Positions 1 through 8,789 of a DNA stretch of 46,241 bases are shown piece by piece (position 1 is the first letter of the stretch; every line of letters starts with the position of its first letter). The translations under genes and the position numbers were made by a program. The DNA lies in NCBI GenBank assembly GCA_963635385.1, contig CAVHGD010000009.1:1-46241 (forward strand). Direction: 5' to 3'. This DNA is from Dialister sp. CAG:486. Lineage in GTDB: Bacteria; Bacteroidota; Bacteroidia; Bacteroidales; Paludibacteraceae. The notes beneath the pieces are model-generated. The model did not search any database, was not told where the DNA came from, and was given only the letters and a program-made list of their open reading frames with translations.

Positions 1-176
1 GCAATCGCTTCCGCGGCTACTCTGTCCGTCCTGTCTGCCCGAAATCTTCAACTGCCATAGTGTCTATAGTATCTAAAGCAGATGCCACCACATCGCAAAA
101 GGTACTCCATGGCGGGCAAGTCAATATTCTTCGCAATGGCAAGACCTACACCGTGACAGGCGTAGAGGTCAAGTAA
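1..176 (+). CDS. 3' end (truncated by the window) of a secreted/surface protein gene: last 57 codons plus TAA
   Basis: Frame 3 is open from base 3 to the TAA at 174-176: ...FRGYSVRPVCPKSS...KVLHGGQVNILRNGKTYTVTGVEVK*. GYSVRPV resembles the YYSVRLVYD end of the 23737-24516 lipoprotein. The last ~20 aa resemble the tail of the 20688-22883 LRR protein. It is absent from the ORF track because it has no start codon in the window. Confidence 0.5.
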   Translation, partial: NRFRGYSVRPVCPKSSTAIVSIVSKADATTSQKVLHGGQVNILRNGKTYTVTGVEVK

Positions 177-217
177 GACTCCGCCAACTCCCTCAAAGAG
201 GAGGCTAAATAAAGAAC

Positions 218-247
218 GGGGCTGCTCGATTGGGCAGCCTCTTTTCT
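218..247 (+). terminator. Intrinsic terminator-like hairpin after the truncated gene
   Basis: GGCTGC (220-225) pairs with GCAGCC (233-238) around a 7-nt loop (TCGATTG, 226-232), followed by CTTTTCT. Confidence 0.5.
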
Positions 248-435
248 GTGAAGGAAGCCTTTGGCGTAGCATAAGCGACAGTCACCTCTACCGACATTTG
301 CTCATTACCGTAGGCACACGCATATCAAATAGACTACCGTATTTTGCCGATTTAGGCCGCAAAATCTGTGCGAATCACAGAAAAAACTATAGTTTCCATT
401 TAGAAACGCAGCCATAGTCAGAAAATAGACTATAA

Positions 436-467
436 TTTGGGGATATCGGAAAAAAGCAGTACCTTTG
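436..467 (+). promoter_or_regulatory. Bacteroides-type sigma-A promoter (TTTG-N20-TACCTTTG)
   Basis: TTTG at 436-439 and TACCTTTG at 460-467 match the Bacteroidetes -33/-7 consensus TTTG / TAnnTTTG. The site is about 150 nt upstream of the ATG at 619. Confidence 0.5.
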
Positions 468-618
468 TGGTCTTTTTGAGGGGAATGGGGATTGGATTCG
501 TTTAGGTACTCACGTCAATATAACCGAAACGGCATGCTCTGCTTTGAAACAGAGGCACGCATAGCGCGTGGCGAAACCCAAGAAGCCATTCCGATTCACG
601 AAATCAACACGATTGGTA

Positions 619-2280
619 ATGAACTGGTTTGTCGAACTATTTATGGGCACCGGAATTGCCCACTCTATTTTTGTGTTGTCATTGGCCATCGCTTGTGGCG
701 TATTTCTCGGCAACAAACTGAAAATCAAAGGCGTAACACTCGGAATCACATGGATTCTGTTTTGCGGCATCGCATTCTCACACTTTGGAATGCGACTCGA
801 CCCGCAAGTGGAATCGTTCGCCAAAGACTTGGGACTGATTCTGTTTGTGTATTCGATTGGTCTGCAAGTGGGACCGAGCTTCTTCTCCTCGTTTAGCAAA
901 GGCGGACTGGCGCTGAACATGCTGGCGCTGAGCATCGTACTATTGGGCTGTGTGACGGCCTTTGTGATACACCTGATTTCGGGCGTGGATATAGCCACCA
1001 TGACCGGTGTGCTATTCGGTGCCGTGACCAACACGCCGGGTCTGGGTGCTGCCCAACAAGCATACGCAGACATAAAAGGGGTATCGAATCCGGACATAGC
1101 CACCGGCTACGCCATGGCCTATCCGCTGGGTGTGGTAGGCATATTGGTGGCGATGATGCTGATACGACTCTGCTTCAACATAAAAATCGACAAAGAGGAG
1201 AAACGAGTCAATGAAGAAAAAGGGGAACAAGAGGAGATTGAGCATATTGACGTGCTGCTGAAAAACCCGCAAGTGGAGGGCATTAAGGTGCGCGACCTGC
1301 ACAAGATATGCAATGTAAATTTTGTGGTGTCCCGACTGGTACATCCCGATGGGCGCGATGAGATGCCCGACCCCGAGACGGAACTGCACATAGATGACAA
1401 AGTGCGGATTGTAGTGGATAAATCGCACGAAAAGAACATTCTGCTGATAGGCGAAGCCACCATGATATCGCCCGAAAAGATAAAATCGACCCATTTCGTT
1501 TCGCGACACATTGTAGTGACTAAAAACGAACTGAACGGAAAACGCATTGGCGAACTGAACGTGCGTGCCGCTTACCACGTGACCATAACACGCATCCGCC
1601 GTGCCGGTATTGAGCTGCTGGCCACCAACGACCTGCGACTGCAGATAGGCGACCGACTGACCGTGGTGGGCGATGAAGGCGAAGTGGAGAAAGTGGCCAA
1701 AGTATTCGGTAACTCGGAGAAACGACTCGACATGCCAAACTTGGCTTCTATATTTATCGGAATCGTATTAGGCGTGGCGTTAGGCTCACTGCCGATTGCC
1801 TTCCCCGGACTGTCACAACCCTTCAAACTCGGATTGGCCGGCGGCTCGCTGATTGTGGCCATTCTGTTTGGGCGATTCGGGCCAAAACTGCACATTGTGA
1901 CCTACACCACCAGTAGCGCCAACCTGATGATACGAGAGATAGGTATCTCGCTATTCTTGGCAGCCGTCGGATTCGGTGCCGGCAAATCGTTTGTACCGAC
2001 CCTGCTGGCCGGCGGATACGTATGGATCGGCTACGGCGTGATTATCACGATGCTCCCACTGCTGATTGTGGGCATCATCGGACGCTCGTGGCTCAAGCTG
2101 GACTACTTCACGCTAATGGGACTGATAGCCGGCAGTACGACCGACCCGCCCGCACTGGCCTACGCCACCTCACACTCGACCACCAACGACCGTGCCGCCG
2201 TGGCCTACTCGACCGTGTATCCGCTCACGATGTTCCTGCGCGTACTGACAGGACAGATGATGATACTATTCTTCTTATAA
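619..2280 (+). CDS. YidE/YbjL-family (AspT/YidE/YbjL) putative transporter with two central RCK C-terminal (TrkA-C) domains
   Basis: The ORF track gives 568-2280 from a GTG. I prefer the ATG at 619 (MNWFVELF...). Motifs such as GLILFVYSIGLQVGPSFF and GAVTNTPGLGAAQQ match my recollection of E. coli YidE. Two soluble segments (IKVRDL...VRIVVD and KRIGEL...GDRLTVVGD) lie between two membrane halves. Confidence 0.85.
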   Translation: MNWFVELFMGTGIAHSIFVLSLAIACGVFLGNKLKIKGVTLGITWILFCGIAFSHFGMRLDPQVESFAKDLGLILFVYSIGLQVGPSFFSSFSKGGLALNMLALSIVLLGCVTAFVIHLISGVDIATMTGVLFGAVTNTPGLGAAQQAYADIKGVSNPDIATGYAMAYPLGVVGILVAMMLIRLCFNIKIDKEEKRVNEEKGEQEEIEHIDVLLKNPQVEGIKVRDLHKICNVNFVVSRLVHPDGRDEMPDPETELHIDDKVRIVVDKSHEKNILLIGEATMISPEKIKSTHFVSRHIVVTKNELNGKRIGELNVRAAYHVTITRIRRAGIELLATNDLRLQIGDRLTVVGDEGEVEKVAKVFGNSEKRLDMPNLASIFIGIVLGVALGSLPIAFPGLSQPFKLGLAGGSLIVAILFGRFGPKLHIVTYTTSSANLMIREIGISLFLAAVGFGAGKSFVPTLLAGGYVWIGYGVIITMLPLLIVGIIGRSWLKLDYFTLMGLIAGSTTDPPALAYATSHSTTNDRAAVAYSTVYPLTMFLRVLTGQMMILFFL

Positions 2281-2306
2281 AAACGACACGGACAGGACTA
2301 TAGAAC

Positions 2307-2338
2307 AGCAACGCTACTGAAAAAACGGTAGCGTTGCT
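2307..2338 (+). terminator. Perfect 11-bp stem hairpin downstream of the transporter gene
   Basis: AGCAACGCTAC (2307-2317) and GTAGCGTTGCT (2328-2338) are exact reverse complements, with loop TGAAAAAACG. There is no clear U-tract on the plus strand, so terminator function is inferred. Confidence 0.5.
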
Positions 2339-2382
2339 CTATGAATAAAGATACAAATCTTCATTATTGATTTTGCAATTGT

Positions 2383-3609
2383 ATGGCTATACATCATCCT
2401 TCGATACATGCCAATCTGCGCACACCTAAGGCAACGGAAGGGACAAGCTTTGTCATTCTGGTCGCCGTCGGGGTGTCGCACTTCTTGAACGACACCATTC
2501 AGTCGGTGATACCGGCTATCTACCCGATACTGAAAGAGAACTTTCAATTCAGTTTTGCACAGATAGGACTTATCGTGCTGTTCTTTCAGCTGGCGTCGTC
2601 GATCGTACAACCCGTGGTGGGATTCTACTCCGACCGCAAGCCTCACCCATACGCACTGACAACCGGCATGTGGCTCACGCTGGCAGGACTGATACTGCTC
2701 GCCTTTGCGAACAACTTAGTGCTGATAATCACTGCCGTAACGGTATTGGGATTCGGCTCTTCGATATTCCACCCCGAAGCCTCCCGCGTGGCACAGATAG
2801 CATCGGGCGGACGCAAGAGCCTCGCCCAATCGATATTCCAAGTGGGCGGGAATGCCGGCTGCGCCATCGGCCCGCTACTGGCAGCGTGGATGATACTCCC
2901 TTACGGGCAGACTGCCGTGTCGTGGGTGGGCGTGGTAGCCGTAATAGCCGCCATTCTACTATTCTGGGTAGGGCAATGGTATAGCAATGAGATAACTTAC
3001 CTATCGAATCGCCCCAAGAAGCAGGCGGGTGTGGCCTCTACCTACTCGAAAAAGAAAGTGCATTGGGCAATGGCGATACTGATTACGCTCATATTCTCGA
3101 AGTATATCTACATGTCGTGCATGACAAACTACTTCACGTTCTATCTGATGGACAAGTTCTCGCTATCGGTGCAGAATGCGCAATATTGCCTGTTTGCCGT
3201 GCTCGCCACCTCCGCCATCGGGACACTGGCAGGGGGCGCACTGGGCGACAAAGTGGGGCGCAAATATGTGATCCTAGGGTCTATCTTCGGGGCCGTGCCG
3301 TTTGCGCTGTTTATGCCGTACGTCGGATTGGGTTGGTGCGTGGCACTCGCCATCGTGGTAAGTCTGATTATTTCGTCCGCCTTCTCCTCCATACTGGTCT
3401 ATGCCACCGACTTGTATCCGACCAAAGTAGGCATGATTTCGGGACTGTTCTTCGGACTGATGTACGGCATTGCGGGAATCAGCTCCGCCTTCTTCGGGTG
3501 GCTCGCCGACAAGACAAGCATAGAATATATTTTCCATATCAGTACGCTGCTGCCGCTCATGGGAATCATTGCGGCCTTCTTGCCCAATCCGCAGAAGAAA
3601 CAAAAGTAA
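2383..3609 (+). CDS. fsr: MFS transporter, Fsr (fosmidomycin resistance) family
   Basis: 408 aa with about 12 hydrophobic segments. The N-terminal block SHFLNDTIQSVIPAIYPILKENFQFSFAQIGLIVLFFQLASSIVQPVVGFYSDRKP closely parallels my recollection of E. coli Fsr (SHLLNDMIQSLILAIYPLL...QLASSLLQPVVGYWTDK). Confidence 0.8.
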   Translation: MAIHHPSIHANLRTPKATEGTSFVILVAVGVSHFLNDTIQSVIPAIYPILKENFQFSFAQIGLIVLFFQLASSIVQPVVGFYSDRKPHPYALTTGMWLTLAGLILLAFANNLVLIITAVTVLGFGSSIFHPEASRVAQIASGGRKSLAQSIFQVGGNAGCAIGPLLAAWMILPYGQTAVSWVGVVAVIAAILLFWVGQWYSNEITYLSNRPKKQAGVASTYSKKKVHWAMAILITLIFSKYIYMSCMTNYFTFYLMDKFSLSVQNAQYCLFAVLATSAIGTLAGGALGDKVGRKYVILGSIFGAVPFALFMPYVGLGWCVALAIVVSLIISSAFSSILVYATDLYPTKVGMISGLFFGLMYGIAGISSAFFGWLADKTSIEYIFHISTLLPLMGIIAAFLPNPQKKQK

Positions 3610-3815
3610 CGGATTTTGGCAACTCGGCAACGAGAAGGCGCAGCGAAAGCAAATAGCAGGGGAACGCTATGGATTGCCTCGCTCGAAACAGGGCATTTGC
3701 AGGGCACTGGAAGCGTTTTGGTTCGGGAGTGGTTCGGGAAAAGAAAAAGTGCAAACGGCACAGAGGGCATTTAGAGGCGTTTTAGGACACGAAGCCCACA
3801 AAAACATATTCCCCT

Positions 3816-3847
3816 ATTGCATAACACAAAAGTTTTTTGTACCTTTG
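3816..3847 (+). promoter_or_regulatory. Candidate promoter for gyrB (ATTG-N20-TACCTTTG)
   Basis: TACCTTTG at 3840-3847 is a good -7 box. The -33 position has ATTG (3816-3819). This implies a leader of about 200 nt before the ATG at 4055. Confidence 0.4.
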
Positions 3848-4054
3848 CGCTGATTTTTGCCGTAATATGCCATGCTTGCATAGGTGATAGGAGGATTATG
3901 TAACAGGTCTGCGAGGACAAGTGAATAAAGTGGGTTTGCGTAATAGGTGCTGTATGGTGAGGTCCTGCGGGGATGAGTGGATTATGTGCAAAGAAATACA
4001 ACATTATAGAGAAACTACATACAACTACATATAGAGAAAAATAACAAAACATAC

Positions 4055-6091
4055 ATGGAAGAACAGGAAAAGTATGATGGGTCGAGCATTCAAGTGCTCG
4101 AAGGATTGGAAGCAGTGCGCAAACGCCCTGCAATGTATATTGGCGATATTTCGCAAAAAGGTCTGCACCACTTGGTATATGAGGTGGTGGACAACTCAAT
4201 AGACGAGGCATTAGCCGGATTCTGCAACCATATTGAGGTAACCATAAACGAAGACAACTCAATAACCGTTCAAGATAACGGGCGTGGTATCCCCGTGGAT
4301 ATGCACCCCAAAGAGCACCGCAGCGCATTGGAAGTGGTGATGACCGTACTCCATGCCGGCGGTAAATTCAACAAAGACAGCTACAAAGTGTCCGGCGGTC
4401 TGCACGGTGTGGGCGTGAGCTGCGTGAATGCACTCTCGACCAAACTGCACGTGGAAGTATATCGTGACGGGAAAATATACATGCAAGAATATGCCAAAGG
4501 CAAGCCGACCTGCGAAGTGCATGAGATAGGCACCTACGGCAGCGAGCGTGGGACCGGTACATGCGTACAATTCTGGCCCGACGGAAGCATATTCACCGAA
4601 ACGGTATATCAGTACGACATACTGGCAAACCGTATGCGCGAATTGGCCTACCTGAATGCCGGCGTGAAGATAACGCTGACCGACCGCCGTCACCCCATCA
4701 CCAAAGAGCCGGAGGCTCTGCCCGACGGAGAAGCATCGGCTGAACAGAAAGGTGTGGTAGCAGCTGACGGGAAGCGATACAAAGGGGAGATTTACTACTC
4801 GGAGAAAGGCTTGAGCGAGTTTGTGCGCTATATAGAAGGCACTCGTACCCCGCTGATTTCGGAGATAATTCACCTCAACACCGACAAATACGGCACACCC
4901 GTAGAGGTGGCCATGATATACAACACCGACTTCAACGAGAATGTACACTCGTACGTGAACAATATCAACACGATAGAAGGCGGTACGCATGTGGCCGGAT
5001 TCCGTGCTGCCCTGACGCGTGTGATGAAAAAATACGCTGAAGACAGCAAGCTGCTGGAGAAAGCCAAGCTGAAAGACAAAGACGGAAACTCGGCCATTGA
5101 CCCGAACGATTTCCGTGAAGGTCTGACAGCCGTTATATCGGTGAAAGTGGCAGAGCCGCAATTTGAGGGACAGACCAAGACCAAACTCGGCAACTCGGAA
5201 GTGGCCGGTATGGTGTCGTCTGCCGTAAGCGAGGCCCTGACCAACTACTTGGAGGAGCACCCAGACGACGCAAGACGCATTGTGGAGAAAGTGATTCTTG
5301 CCGCACAAGCCCGAATCGCCTCGCGCAACGCACGCCAAAGCGTGCTACGTAAATCGCCTCTCGGCGGCGGCGGACTGCCCGGAAAGCTGTCGGACTGCTC
5401 GAGCAAAGACCCTGCAGAATGCGAGCTATTCCTCGTGGAGGGAGACTCGGCAGGCGGTACCGCCAAGAAAGGACGTGACCGTGTTCGCCAAGCCATCCTG
5501 CCGCTCCGTGGTAAGATTCTAAATGTAGAGAAAGCGATGGAGCACAAGGTGTTCGAGAGCGAAGAGGTGCGTAACATATTCACCGCACTGGGCATCACCT
5601 TCGGAACGGAAGAAGACCCCAAAGCACTGAACCTGAGCAAGATACGCTATCACAAAGTAATCATCATGGCCGATGCCGATGTGGATGGTGCGCACATTGC
5701 CACCCTGATTATGACGCTATTCTTCCGTCACATGAAGGAGGTAATCGAACAAGGACACCTCTACATAGCCATGGCACCGCTCTACCTCTGCTCGAAAGGC
5801 AGCGTAAAAGAGTACTGCTGGAACGACCAACAGCTGAACGACTTCATTCAGCGCTACGGTAACGGCAACGAGAACCAAGTGAAGGTTCAACGATACAAAG
5901 GTTTGGGTGAGATGTCGGATACGCAGCTCTGGGAGACCACTATGGACCCTGAGCGCCGTATGCTGAAGAAAGTGACCATCGAGAATGCCGCCGAAGCAGA
6001 CCGCACCATTGCCATGCTGATGGGAGATGATGTGGCTCCACGCCGTCAGTTTATCGAGGAAAACGCCACCTACGCAAATATCGATGCCTGA
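4055..6091 (+). CDS. gyrB: DNA gyrase subunit B
   Basis: 678 aa. It has the GHKL ATPase N-terminus (YDGSSIQVLEGLEAVRKRPAMYIGD, EVVDNSIDEA, DNGRGIP), a Toprim region (LVEGDSAGG, IMADADVDGAHI) and the GyrB tail (QRYKGLGEM...PRRQFIEENA). Confidence 0.95.
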   Translation: MEEQEKYDGSSIQVLEGLEAVRKRPAMYIGDISQKGLHHLVYEVVDNSIDEALAGFCNHIEVTINEDNSITVQDNGRGIPVDMHPKEHRSALEVVMTVLHAGGKFNKDSYKVSGGLHGVGVSCVNALSTKLHVEVYRDGKIYMQEYAKGKPTCEVHEIGTYGSERGTGTCVQFWPDGSIFTETVYQYDILANRMRELAYLNAGVKITLTDRRHPITKEPEALPDGEASAEQKGVVAADGKRYKGEIYYSEKGLSEFVRYIEGTRTPLISEIIHLNTDKYGTPVEVAMIYNTDFNENVHSYVNNINTIEGGTHVAGFRAALTRVMKKYAEDSKLLEKAKLKDKDGNSAIDPNDFREGLTAVISVKVAEPQFEGQTKTKLGNSEVAGMVSSAVSEALTNYLEEHPDDARRIVEKVILAAQARIASRNARQSVLRKSPLGGGGLPGKLSDCSSKDPAECELFLVEGDSAGGTAKKGRDRVRQAILPLRGKILNVEKAMEHKVFESEEVRNIFTALGITFGTEEDPKALNLSKIRYHKVIIMADADVDGAHIATLIMTLFFRHMKEVIEQGHLYIAMAPLYLCSKGSVKEYCWNDQQLNDFIQRYGNGNENQVKVQRYKGLGEMSDTQLWETTMDPERRMLKKVTIENAAEADRTIAMLMGDDVAPRRQFIEENATYANIDA

Positions 6092-6097
6092 TTTTCT

Positions 6098-6631
6098 ATG
6101 CGTATCGCTGTTTATTGTAGTGCAAAGGACCAGATAGCCGAGGAATATCTCGCTTTGGGCGACCAAATCGGGAAATGGATAGGCGAAAACGGTCACACAT
6201 TAGTGTACGGCGGCGCGACGGGCGGACTGATGACGCGCGTTAGCAACGCCACAAAAGCCGCCGGCGGAGAGGTATTAGGTGTGATACCGCAACGCATCAT
6301 TGCCGCCAATCGGCAAGCCGACAACTGCGATAGCCTGTATCTCGTGACCACAATGAACGACCGGAAAGAACAAATGAAGCGGTTGGCTGACTGTTTTGTT
6401 TGTCTGCCCGGAAGCTACGGGACACTGGATGAGATGATGGATGTGATTGCAAGCGGGACGGTGGGAGAACACCGAAAACCGATATACATCCTGAACTACA
6501 AGGGATTCTATCAGCCGCTGATAGAACTCGCCGACCGAATGCGAGAACTGTCGTTCCTGCCACAACAGGAATCGTACAAACCACAATATGTCAATACGTT
6601 AGACGAACTTTTCGGAATACTAACCAAATAG
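6098..6631 (+). CDS. LOG-family (TIGR00730-type) Rossmann-fold nucleotide-binding protein / putative nucleotide 5'-monophosphate nucleosidase
   Basis: 177 aa. It has VYGGATGGLM and the PGSYGTLDEM (PGGxGTxxE-like) motif. It starts 6 nt after gyrB. Confidence 0.8.
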   Translation: MRIAVYCSAKDQIAEEYLALGDQIGKWIGENGHTLVYGGATGGLMTRVSNATKAAGGEVLGVIPQRIIAANRQADNCDSLYLVTTMNDRKEQMKRLADCFVCLPGSYGTLDEMMDVIASGTVGEHRKPIYILNYKGFYQPLIELADRMRELSFLPQQESYKPQYVNTLDELFGILTK

Positions 6632-6640
6632 AAAAATACA

Positions 6641-7954
6641 ATGAATCTATTAGCAAATTGGAAAAGCGATACGCTGACTACCGCTCAACTCGAGCAGCGT
6701 ATAGAACAGGTTAAGAAAGACATCGTGCGCTATCGCGAGGTTGAGAAATCGGCTGAATTGGCAGAGTTCCTATCGCTGCAAAAGATAGTGGAAACCCCTG
6801 AGTTCCAAAAGAACAAGACCTATTTGCTGACACGGAAGTATAAGGATACGGAAGAATACAAGACGCTGAATCGCTATCGCAGCCTGAAGCTGGCGCCGAT
6901 ATTGCATATCTACTATCTGATACTATCGTATCCGAACTTCAAAGAATATTTGGAATTCGCAAAAAGCGAACGCTATGCGCTGCTGAAAGACAAAGCGGCC
7001 GTAAAAGAATCGGCAGAGCTGAAGAAATTCCAATTCATTGACAAATCGTGGTCGCTCCGCAACTTCCGTCGCTGCGAGAAATCGCAAGACGTGCAGGACT
7101 ATCTGCGACTGAAAGTGGAGGTAAAGACCGAGGACTTTATCAAACGAAACGCATTCTGGGCAGACCCGAAGCGTTGGTACACTACCGAGGAGGGAAAGCA
7201 AGATGTGCGCTATCTGGAGCTGAAGGCCAATCCGGATATTCAGTTCTTCCTCGCTCAAGACGCAAAGAAAATAGCCGAATGGGAAAGCTACAAAACGCTG
7301 TACGATGAGGAGTTTGAGCTGAGCAACCTCTCACAGACCGGCTGGAAAGCAGGATTCTACTACACCAACAAGAACCTGAAAACCAACCACTCGTACGACA
7401 ACGAGCTGCAAGCCTACAATCAAGGCAAAAACAGCCATATCAGCAACAGCGCACTATGCGTTGAGACCAAAAAAGAAAACGCTACCGCTACGGCTTGGCA
7501 CCCTGTCAAAGGATTCATCACCAAAGAGTATCAATGGACGGGCGATGTGCTGCAAGCGGCTGAAGCATTCCAAGGCACTGACGGACTCTTTATGGCCAAA
7601 GTACGGGTATCGGGCGCTGCACACGCTGCCGTATATTTAGCTACCGGCGAGCGTACGCCGCTCATCAAACTGATGCAATGGAACGGCAAAGAAGTATCGA
7701 CCGGTCTGCGCACCGAGAAAGAAGAAGGACACACGACCATCGGCGGCATCCGTCCGGAGCAATGGTATGTGTATTCGGTGCAAATTACTCCCAAAGAAAT
7801 AGTTTGGTATATCAATAACCAAGAAGTGATGCGAGTAGCCAACACGCTACAGGGCGTGTCGCTCTACCCCGCTGTGGCGACCTATCTGCCGCAGGACGCA
7901 AATGCCGGCACGGGCAAAGTGGAAATAGACTGGGTACGCGTATATCACAACTAA
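6641..7954 (+). CDS. Hypothetical protein: helical repeat N-half plus concanavalin-like (GH16/LamG-like) C-terminal domain
   Basis: 437 aa. The C-terminus ...GTGKVEIDWVRVYHN is typical of the last strand of GH16/ConA-like beta-sandwiches. I saw no ExDxxE catalytic motif and no signal peptide. Coding is likely; the function is uncertain. Confidence 0.5.
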   Translation: MNLLANWKSDTLTTAQLEQRIEQVKKDIVRYREVEKSAELAEFLSLQKIVETPEFQKNKTYLLTRKYKDTEEYKTLNRYRSLKLAPILHIYYLILSYPNFKEYLEFAKSERYALLKDKAAVKESAELKKFQFIDKSWSLRNFRRCEKSQDVQDYLRLKVEVKTEDFIKRNAFWADPKRWYTTEEGKQDVRYLELKANPDIQFFLAQDAKKIAEWESYKTLYDEEFELSNLSQTGWKAGFYYTNKNLKTNHSYDNELQAYNQGKNSHISNSALCVETKKENATATAWHPVKGFITKEYQWTGDVLQAAEAFQGTDGLFMAKVRVSGAAHAAVYLATGERTPLIKLMQWNGKEVSTGLRTEKEEGHTTIGGIRPEQWYVYSVQITPKEIVWYINNQEVMRVANTLQGVSLYPAVATYLPQDANAGTGKVEIDWVRVYHN

Positions 7955-7969
7955 CAAAACAGAGCCGAA

Positions 7970-8767
7970 ATGTTTTTGATAGCCGGACCGTGCGCCATTG
8001 AGGATAGAGATACCGTGATGAAAACAGCCGACACGCTGCAGAGAGAATGCAGCGCGCTGGGTATTCACCTGATATTCAAGTCCTCGTACGACAAAGCCAA
8101 CCGTACCTCGAACTCACAACGAGGAGTCGGTATGGAAGAAGGACTGCGGATACTCCAAGAAGTGAAAGACCAATTCGGGCTGCCCATCCTGACAGATGTG
8201 CATGAGTCGTGGCAATGTGCTCCCGTGGCGGAAGTGGCCGATGTGCTACAGATACCGGCTTTCTTGAGTCGGCAGACGGACTTGATACAGGCTGCTGCCC
8301 GTACCGAGAAGATAGTGAATGTCAAGAAGGGGCAATTCATGGCACCGTGGGACATGCAAGGGGTGGTCAGCAAAGTAGAGGCTGTGCCTTCCGCCAAGGC
8401 CATTCATGAGCGTCTTTGGCTGACGGAAAGAGGGTCATCGTTCGGATATGGGAATCTGGTGGTGGATATGACCTCGCTGGTGGAGATGCGCAAGTTCGGC
8501 TGCCCTGTCGTATTCGACGCTACGCATTCGGTACAAAAGCCGAGCAGCCAACAGGGCGTTACGGGCGGGAACCGAGAGATGGTCCCCTACCTGATGCGAG
8601 CTGCCCTTGCCGTGGGAGTGGATGGGATATTTCTCGAAGTGCATCCCGACCCCGACCATGCAATATCCGACGCAGCAAATCAAGTGAAACTAAGTAATAT
8701 CCGTACAATTCTAACCGAGGCCGTCGCCATTGACAACCTTGTGCATACCCTTCAGACGGTAAAATAA
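7970..8767 (+). CDS. kdsA: 3-deoxy-8-phosphooctulonate (KDO-8-P) synthase
   Basis: 265 aa. Motifs: LIAGPCAIE, FKSSYDKANRTS, LTDVHE, LQIPAFLSRQTDL, NVKKGQFMAPWDM, FDATHSVQ. Confidence 0.93.
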   Translation: MFLIAGPCAIEDRDTVMKTADTLQRECSALGIHLIFKSSYDKANRTSNSQRGVGMEEGLRILQEVKDQFGLPILTDVHESWQCAPVAEVADVLQIPAFLSRQTDLIQAAARTEKIVNVKKGQFMAPWDMQGVVSKVEAVPSAKAIHERLWLTERGSSFGYGNLVVDMTSLVEMRKFGCPVVFDATHSVQKPSSQQGVTGGNREMVPYLMRAALAVGVDGIFLEVHPDPDHAISDAANQVKLSNIRTILTEAVAIDNLVHTLQTVK

Positions 8768-8789
8768 GAATATACGGGAAACACGATTT

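Noticed and set aside
568-618. Upstream alternative starts offered by the ORF track (GTG 568, TTG 9752, TTG 25709, and the in-frame upstream starts at 22913, 24546 and 19548)
   Set aside because: In each case a downstream ATG gives a canonical N-terminus (signal peptide, TM or conserved start) and better spacing from the upstream gene. The TTG at 25709 lies inside the AATTAACA repeat. The choices remain unverified.
4259-5338. 359-aa minus-strand ORF (and smaller ones) antisense to gyrB
   Set aside because: It lies entirely within the well-supported gyrB CDS. Its composition (rich in H, V, G, R and F) is typical of an antisense shadow frame in GC-rich coding DNA, and it has no motif.
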